Part shown: positions 58,829-64,000 of the stretch, in pieces | How the letters are laid out: each line of letters starts with the position of its first letter | How positions within the stretch are numbered: position 1 is the first letter of the stretch | Assembly (NCBI GenBank): GCA_965243025.1 | Contig: CBDETY010000003.1 | Location: 3,488,001 to 3,552,000 of the forward strand | DNA length: 64,000 nucleotides | From: Candidatus Latescibacterota bacterium | GTDB taxonomy: Bacteria; Latescibacterota; UBA2968; UBA8231 | Direction: 5' to 3' | Notes under the pieces: model-generated | Told to the model about the DNA's origin: nothing | The model's database searches: none | What the model saw: only the letters and a program-made list of their open reading frames with translations | Made by a program: the position numbers and the translations under genes

Positions 58829-60025
58829 CTATCCCTGTCTCAGGACCTCGTCGAAAACGTCGACGGCCTCGTCGATCTGCCCCTTGTCGATGACCAGGGG
58901 GGGAAGAAAGCGAACGATGTCGGTGCCGCAGGGGGCGACGAGGATGTTGCGCTCCCGGAAGGCGGCAAGGTAATCGGCGGCAGGCTTGCCGGTGACCACC
59001 GCTCCCTGAATCAGCCCCCGACCCCTGACTTCGCCGACCTGGTCCGGCCAGCGCTGGTGAAGCTTCTCGAGGCCGGCTCGCAGGTGCTCCCCCTTCTCCC
59101 GCACCCCTTCGAGGAACCCCTCGGCCATCATTTTCTCCATGACCTTCAGGGCCGCGGCGCAGGCGACCGGGTTGGCCCCGAAGGTCGCGGCGTGGTCTCC
59201 CGCCTCGATGGCGTCGGCGACCGTCTGGCGCACCAGCGAGACCCCGATCGGCAGGCCGCCTCCGAGCGCCTTGGCCAGGGTCATGATGTCCGGCTCAACC
59301 CCGTACTGCTGGTACGCCCACAGCGACCCGGTGCGGCCCATGCCGACCTGGATCTCGTCGAACACGAGCAGCATGCCGCGCTCGTCGCACAGCGCCCGCA
59401 GACCCCCCAGGAACTCGTTGGAGGCGACGTGGATGCCCCCTTCCGCCTGCAGCGGCTCCACGAGGATCGCGGCGGTCTCGTCGGTGGCCAGCTTCTCGAC
59501 CGACGCGAAATCGTTGAACTCGGCGAAGTCGATTCCGGGAAGCATCGGTTCGAACCCCTTGTGGTACTTCGGTTGCCCGGTCGTCGAAACCGAGCCGTAG
59601 GTGCGGCCGTGAAAGGAATTGTTGAAGGCGATCAACCTGTTGCGAGGTTTGTCGGGCCGCGTGTTTCCCCACTTGCGGCAGAACTTCAGGGACGCTTCCC
59701 AGGCCTCCGTCCCGCTGTTGCAGAAGAAGGCGCGGTCGGCGAACGAGTTTTCCACCAGGATCTTCGCGAGCCTCGTCGAAGGGACGGTGTGATACAGGTT
59801 GGAGCAGTGGATCAGGAGGGCGGCCTGCTCCTCGATCGCTTTCAGCACGTCGTAGTCGCCGTGACCGAGCGCGTTGACCGCCAGTCCGCTGACAAAATCG
59901 AGGTAGCGGTTGCCGTCGAGGTCGAACAGGTAAACGCCGTTGCCTCTTTCGAGGACGAAATCAGGGCGCCCGTAAGTCTGCAGGATGTACTGTCTTTCTC
60001 CCTCTACTACCTTGTCGGTCCTCAT
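58829..60025 (-). CDS. argD: Acetylornithine aminotransferase
   Basis: YLDFVSGLAVNALGH, CNSGTEA, SFHGRT, EPLQAEGG, FDEIQVGMGRTG and LAKALGGG. It lies within the arg cluster. Confidence 0.93.
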   Translation of the reverse strand: MRTDKVVEGERQYILQTYGRPDFVLERGNGVYLFDLDGNRYLDFVSGLAVNALGHGDYDVLKAIEEQAALLIHCSNLYHTVPSTRLAKILVENSFADRAFFCNSGTEAWEASLKFCRKWGNTRPDKPRNRLIAFNNSFHGRTYGSVSTTGQPKYHKGFEPMLPGIDFAEFNDFASVEKLATDETAAILVEPLQAEGGIHVASNEFLGGLRALCDERGMLLVFDEIQVGMGRTGSLWAYQQYGVEPDIMTLAKALGGGLPIGVSLVRQTVADAIEAGDHAATFGANPVACAAALKVMEKMMAEGFLEGVREKGEHLRAGLEKLHQRWPDQVGEVRGRGLIQGAVVTGKPAADYLAAFRERNILVAPCGTDIVRFLPPLVIDKGQIDEAVDVFDEVLRQG

Positions 60026-60056
60026 GTCGTCTGCTCCGTGATTGCGGTTGATTTCC

Positions 60057-60941
60057 CTACTGCACTATCTGCGTTCCTATGCCTTCGTCGGTGAAGAACT
60101 CGAGAAGCATCGAGTGCGGAATGCGCCCCTCCACGACATGGGTCTTGCGCACCCCCGCCCGCACCGAGTGAACGCAGGCCCGCACCTTCGGGATCATGCC
60201 CCCGGCGATGACCCCGGAGGAAATCAGCTCCTCGACCTCGTCCACGTGCACCGTCGACATCAGGGTGGAATCGTCGGCCGGGTTGCGCATGATTCCCATG
60301 ACGTCGGTGAGGAACACCAGCTTCTCCGCCCGCAGGGCGGCGGCGATCTCCCCCGCTGCCGTGTCGGCGTTGACGTTGTACGACTCTCCACCTTCGCCCC
60401 GGCCGATCGGCGCCACCACCGGGATCATGCCAGCGGCGATCAACTCCTCGACAGGGCCCGGATCGATGCGCTCGACCTCGCCGACGTAGCCGATGTCGAC
60501 CGGGGCTCCGTTGCCGTCCCGGGCGGTGTGCCTGCGGACGTGCATGATGCCTGCCAACCTCGCCGAAACCCCGGCAGCCCTCCCCCCCAGGCGTTCGAGC
60601 TGTCCGGCTATCGCGGCGTTGACCACGTCGAACAGAGTCTCCTCCACGACCTTCATCGTCTCGGCGTCGGTAATCCTCAACCCGTTGACGCGCCGCGTCT
60701 CGATTTTGAGCTCCTTCAGCCGCCGGTCTATCGCCGGGCCCCCTCCGTGTACGATCACCGGGTTGATCCCCACATGCTCCATGAACACGATATCCCTGAG
60801 GATCGTGTCCTCCCCGGGCGCGCCGCTGCCGATGCTTCCCCCGTACTTGACCACCACCGTCTTGTCGCGGAACTCCTGGATGTAGGGCAGGGCCTCGACG
60901 AGAATGGCCGCCTTGTCGATAGAGGTCTGCAGGGTTGTCAC
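60057..60941 (-). CDS. argB: Acetylglutamate kinase
   Basis: EALPYI, VVKYGGS, VHGGGPAI, GLRITD, NVNADTAAG, GGMIPKV and GIGT. Confidence 0.96.
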   Translation of the reverse strand: MTTLQTSIDKAAILVEALPYIQEFRDKTVVVKYGGSIGSGAPGEDTILRDIVFMEHVGINPVIVHGGGPAIDRRLKELKIETRRVNGLRITDAETMKVVEETLFDVVNAAIAGQLERLGGRAAGVSARLAGIMHVRRHTARDGNGAPVDIGYVGEVERIDPGPVEELIAAGMIPVVAPIGRGEGGESYNVNADTAAGEIAAALRAEKLVFLTDVMGIMRNPADDSTLMSTVHVDEVEELISSGVIAGGMIPKVRACVHSVRAGVRKTHVVEGRIPHSMLLEFFTDEGIGTQIVQ

Positions 60942-61417
60942 GTCGCTTCCTCGCTCTCCGCGACCCCGCCGCCCTGGAGCCGGCTGGCGATCCGGGAACC
61001 CTCCTCGGCCGTGCGCGCCAGGGCGAAGATCGTGTTTTCTCCCGCCAGGGTGCCCAATATTTCCTCCCAGCCCATGCGATCTATCGCTTCGCAGACGGAC
61101 TGCGCGTGCCCGGAAACCGTCTTGACAACCACCATGTTGTCCGCCCGGTCGACCCCGAGGAGGTAGTCCCCCAGCTCTCTTTCGAGAATACGGCGATCGC
61201 GAAGGGTGACGCCTGCCTCCGGCAAGGCGTAGCGGAACCCGCCGTCGGGCCGGGGCACGCGAACGACCCCGAGCTCCCGCAGGTCCTTCGACAGGGTCGA
61301 CTGGCTAACCGCGATCGACATCCCGGCAAGGGAGCGAGCCATTTTTTCGTGCGTATCGATCTGGTCGCGCTCGAGAAGTTCCCTGATCCTGGCCTGGCGC
61401 AGTTCCTTGGCCTTCAT
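60938..61417 (-). CDS. argR: Arginine repressor
   Basis: RQARIRELL, VSQSTLSKDLRELG, VVVKT..GHA and LGTLAGENTIF. Confidence 0.9.
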   Translation of the reverse strand: MKAKELRQARIRELLERDQIDTHEKMARSLAGMSIAVSQSTLSKDLRELGVVRVPRPDGGFRYALPEAGVTLRDRRILERELGDYLLGVDRADNMVVVKTVSGHAQSVCEAIDRMGWEEILGTLAGENTIFALARTAEEGSRIASRLQGGGVAESEEAT

Positions 61418-61459
61418 GGTCTCCGAAGCCTGTCCAGTGTCCCCCGACCGTATAATCTG

Positions 61460-61523
61460 GGTCGATAATTATTCAAAACAACGAATAAAGATTATAACCT
61501 ATTCCGCCTCCGGAGGTTGTCAA
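61460..61523 (-). promoter_or_regulatory. argR promoter with two tandem ARG-box-like sites
   Basis: The minus strand has TTGACA (61523-61518), 16 bp, then TAGGTT, with TATAAT a few bases on. It is followed by cores ATAATCTTTATTCG (61495-61482) and TGAATAATTATCGA (61475-61462), which resemble TGAATnnnnATTCA as 18-bp boxes 2 bp apart. Confidence 0.7.
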
Positions 61524-61555
61524 TCCGGGGCTGGGCGACGGAACGGCGGGAAGGA

Positions 61556-62377
61556 TCAGGGTTCGATCGCCAGCTCGTCCGGGCGGACGGAGGATTGTCC
61601 CCGGACAGACATCAGCTCGGTCAGACGGCGCTTGAGCTCTCTCGTGTCGAGGCCTCGGTACAAGCCGCCTCCGGCGGTCAGCGAAATTGCCCGGGATTCC
61701 TCGGAGACGACCACGGTGATGGCATCCGTCTCCTGGGAAAGGCCGAGGGCGGCGCGGTGCCGGGTGCCGAGCCTCTGGTCGGCGACCTTGTCTGCGAGCG
61801 GCAGGGTGCAGCGGGCGGCTACAAGGGTTTCTCCAAGCACCACGACCGCCTGGTCGTGGAGGGGCGAGCGGGGAGTGAAAATCGTGGTCAGCAGGTCCGC
61901 CGATACCTTGGCGTCCAGCGGCACTCCCGATTCGATCACCGACTGCAGGCCCGCTTCCCTGCCGATGACGATCAGGGCGCCGTACCCTTTCTGGGAAAGC
62001 TGCTCGGCGCCGTTGGCGATTTCGTCGATGACCCGGGAGGGCTCGGTCCTGTAGAACCACCTCAGCAGCCGACTCTGACCGAGAACGAGCAGCATGCGGC
62101 GCAGCTCCGGCTGAAACACGATCACAAGCAGGATGATGAGGATCGACTGCACCTGCGTCAGCAGGTAGGAGGTCGCCGTCAGCTCCTGCCAGTGGGCGGC
62201 GAGGGCAATGGTCACCAGCAGGAACAGCCCGACCAGCATCTGCGCCGCCGGGGTGCCGCGGATCAGGTTGAGGAGGCGGTAGAAGATGAAGGCCACGATG
62301 GCGATGTCGACGATGGAGAACACCGAAACCGGAAGGAACCCGAACAGCCTGAAGAGGATTAGTTCGTCGGCTATCAC
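61556..62377 (-). CDS. cdaA: Diadenylate cyclase CdaA (three TM helices plus DisA_N/DAC domain)
   Basis: GTG 62377 overlaps the folP stop. Motifs VIVFQPELRRML, GALIVI, PLHDQA and GTRHRAALGLSQETDA..VVSEE. ftsH-folP-cdaA synteny supports the call. Confidence 0.9.
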   Translation of the reverse strand: MIADELILFRLFGFLPVSVFSIVDIAIVAFIFYRLLNLIRGTPAAQMLVGLFLLVTIALAAHWQELTATSYLLTQVQSILIILLVIVFQPELRRMLLVLGQSRLLRWFYRTEPSRVIDEIANGAEQLSQKGYGALIVIGREAGLQSVIESGVPLDAKVSADLLTTIFTPRSPLHDQAVVVLGETLVAARCTLPLADKVADQRLGTRHRAALGLSQETDAITVVVSEESRAISLTAGGGLYRGLDTRELKRRLTELMSVRGQSSVRPDELAIEP

Positions 62378-63264
62378 AGTTGCGCTCCGGACTCGGGGGA
62401 CAGCGCCCCCGGTTGAGAGGAACGCGCGACGGCCTCGGCGGTGCGCACCGCCCTGAATGACGCGGCGACGTCGTGGACGCGCACCGCGTTTGCGCCCCGG
62501 GCAACCGCCACGGCCGCGGCCGCCAGGCTCGGCTCGAGGCAGTCCCCGGCCGAAAGCCCGAGCGGCTTCCACAGAAAGGACTTGCGGGATGCGCCGACGA
62601 TTACGGGACAACCCAGGCTGCGAAAGCGGGACAGCTCCGCGATCAGGGTAAAATTGCCGCCTGTCGATTTGCCGAACCCCAGACCGGGATCGATCCCGAG
62701 GTTCCGGCGGCAGACGCCGGCGGCCGCCGCCGCGTCGATTCGGGAGCGGAGATAGCAGGCGACCTCACCGAGCAAATCCTCGTAACGGGTATCGAGCTGC
62801 ATTGTCTCCGGAGTGCCGCGGCGGTGCATCAGGATCACAGCCGCCCCCGCTTCGGCGGCTGCCGGGGCCATTTCCGGGTCGCCCAGGGCGCTGATATCGT
62901 TGACGATGTCGGCGCCGGCGGCAAGCGCCTCCCGGGCTACTTCGGCTTTTGTCGTGTCGATGGAAATGGGAACCCGGGACCGCGCCCGGACCGCTTCGAT
63001 TACGGGAATTACCCGGCGGCACTCCGCGTGGGCGCTCAGGGCCGCAGCGACTCCGTACATCGGCGGACGGGAGGATTCGCCGCCGATATCGACGATGTCG
63101 GCACCTTCGGCTTCCAGCAGCAGCGCCCGGTCCACGGCCCGTCCGACCTCGTCGTAGCGCCCGCCGTCGTAGAAGGAATCGGGGGTGACATTGAGGATTC
63201 CCATGATCCGGACGCGGGAGCGGAAATCGAGACTGAGGTTCCCGCCCCGCAAGCTCCAGATCAC
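62374..63264 (-). CDS. folP: Dihydropteroate synthase
   Basis: MGILNVTPDSFYDGG, DIGGESSRP, ISIDTTK, NDIS, IDPGLGFGK, GASRKSF and RVHDV. Confidence 0.96.
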   Translation of the reverse strand: MIWSLRGGNLSLDFRSRVRIMGILNVTPDSFYDGGRYDEVGRAVDRALLLEAEGADIVDIGGESSRPPMYGVAAALSAHAECRRVIPVIEAVRARSRVPISIDTTKAEVAREALAAGADIVNDISALGDPEMAPAAAEAGAAVILMHRRGTPETMQLDTRYEDLLGEVACYLRSRIDAAAAAGVCRRNLGIDPGLGFGKSTGGNFTLIAELSRFRSLGCPVIVGASRKSFLWKPLGLSAGDCLEPSLAAAAVAVARGANAVRVHDVAASFRAVRTAEAVARSSQPGALSPESGAQL

Positions 63265-64000
63265 GCGCTCGTGCCTTCTTCCGCGGCGCTGCCGTCCGGC
63301 GGAGGTTCCGTACCTGCGGGGGCTGCGGACGGAGCCGGCTCCCGGGCGGACCCGCTACCGGTTTTCAGGTCATGGTCCGGGTCCGGATCGGGGTTCGGGT
63401 CCGGATCGGGGTCCGGGTTCGGGTTCGGGTTCGGGTCCGGGTCTTGTTCCGGTTCCCTGACGATCTGCTTGCCGGCCATCACCAGCTCGATCTCCTCGTC
63501 GTCGAGGACTTCGTACTCGAGCAGGGCGTCCGCTATGGCGTCGAGCTTGCCGCGGTTGGCTTCGATCAGCCGGGTCGCCTTCCTCTCCGCTTCGACGACC
63601 AGCCTGTGGATCTCCCGGTCGATGGTCTGGGCGGTCTGCTCACTGAAGTTGCGGGTCCTCGTGAACTCCTTGCCGAGAAACACCTCGTCCTCCTCGCCGC
63701 CCAGCGACAGCGGCCCTATATCCTCGCTCATTCCCCAGTCGCAAACCATCGACCTCGCCAGGGCGGTCACCTGCTTGTAGTCCGCCTGGGCTCCGGTCGA
63801 GCGCTCCCCGAAGGCTACCGCCTCGGCGCAGCTGCCTCCCAGGGCAGTGGCCAGGTGGGCCTTGAGCTTCGATTCCGTCAGCGAGTGGCGTTCCTCGGCC
63901 AGGAACGAGACCATTCCCATGGTCTGCCCGCGCGGCACGATGACGACCTTGTTGATGGGCGGCGAACCCGGAGTGAGCTTGGCGACAAGGGTGTGCCCCG
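63261..64000 (-). CDS. ftsH: ATP-dependent zinc metalloprotease FtsH, C-terminal (M41) part; truncated by the window edge
   Basis: The frame is open to the window end: GHTLVAKL..KVVIVPRG, LGGSCAE, STGAQAD, WGMSEDIGP, FLGKE, IDREI and ALLEYEVLD. Confidence 0.93.
   Translation of the reverse strand, partial: GHTLVAKLTPGSPPINKVVIVPRGQTMGMVSFLAEERHSLTESKLKAHLATALGGSCAEAVAFGERSTGAQADYKQVTALARSMVCDWGMSEDIGPLSLGGEEDEVFLGKEFTRTRNFSEQTAQTIDREIHRLVVEAERKATRLIEANRGKLDAIADALLEYEVLDDEEIELVMAGKQIVREPEQDPDPNPNPNPDPDPDPNPDPDPDHDLKTGSGSAREPAPSAAPAGTEPPPDGSAAEEGTSA
63375..63443 (-). repeat. Hexanucleotide-unit repeat encoding (D/N)P x11 in the FtsH tail
   Basis: GACCCG/AACCCG-type units translate to DPDPNPNPNPDPDPDPNPDPDPD. 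Confidence 0.85.

Overview
This is a gene-dense, high-GC chromosomal segment from a diderm bacterium. The gene content (DUF6785-type membrane protein, several enolase-superfamily paralogs, secreted proteins with C-terminal [ST]WGx[IV]K tails, a PorV-like barrel) suggests an FCB-group candidate lineage such as Latescibacterota; that assignment is inference. About 50 CDS are supported, and I saw no rRNA, tRNA, CRISPR array or intact mobile element. Housekeeping genes are ilvB-ilvN, ppdK, parA-parB, cyoE, ligA, argR-argB-argD-argH and ftsH-folP-cdaA. The strongest candidate for an undescribed system is a lower-GC, co-oriented envelope cluster at 14052-26337. It encodes ExbB and ExbD, a TonB/TolA-like SxxxH-anchored protein ending in a DUF4159 domain instead of TonB_C, a 1083-aa membrane-anchored TPR scaffold, a PorV/FadL-like beta-barrel, three lipoproteins (one CsgG/FlgT-like), and two unrelated secreted proteins sharing a short WGx[IV]K tail. 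Together these suggest a proton-motive-force-driven export or surface-sorting machine with its own C-terminal signal. A second candidate is a divergent nickel-pincer (LarA) module with a nucleotidyltransferase, HAD phosphatase, PfkB kinase and DHS-fold protein, arranged around a GntR/FadR-like palindrome. All family calls come from motif recognition by eye; no searches were run.
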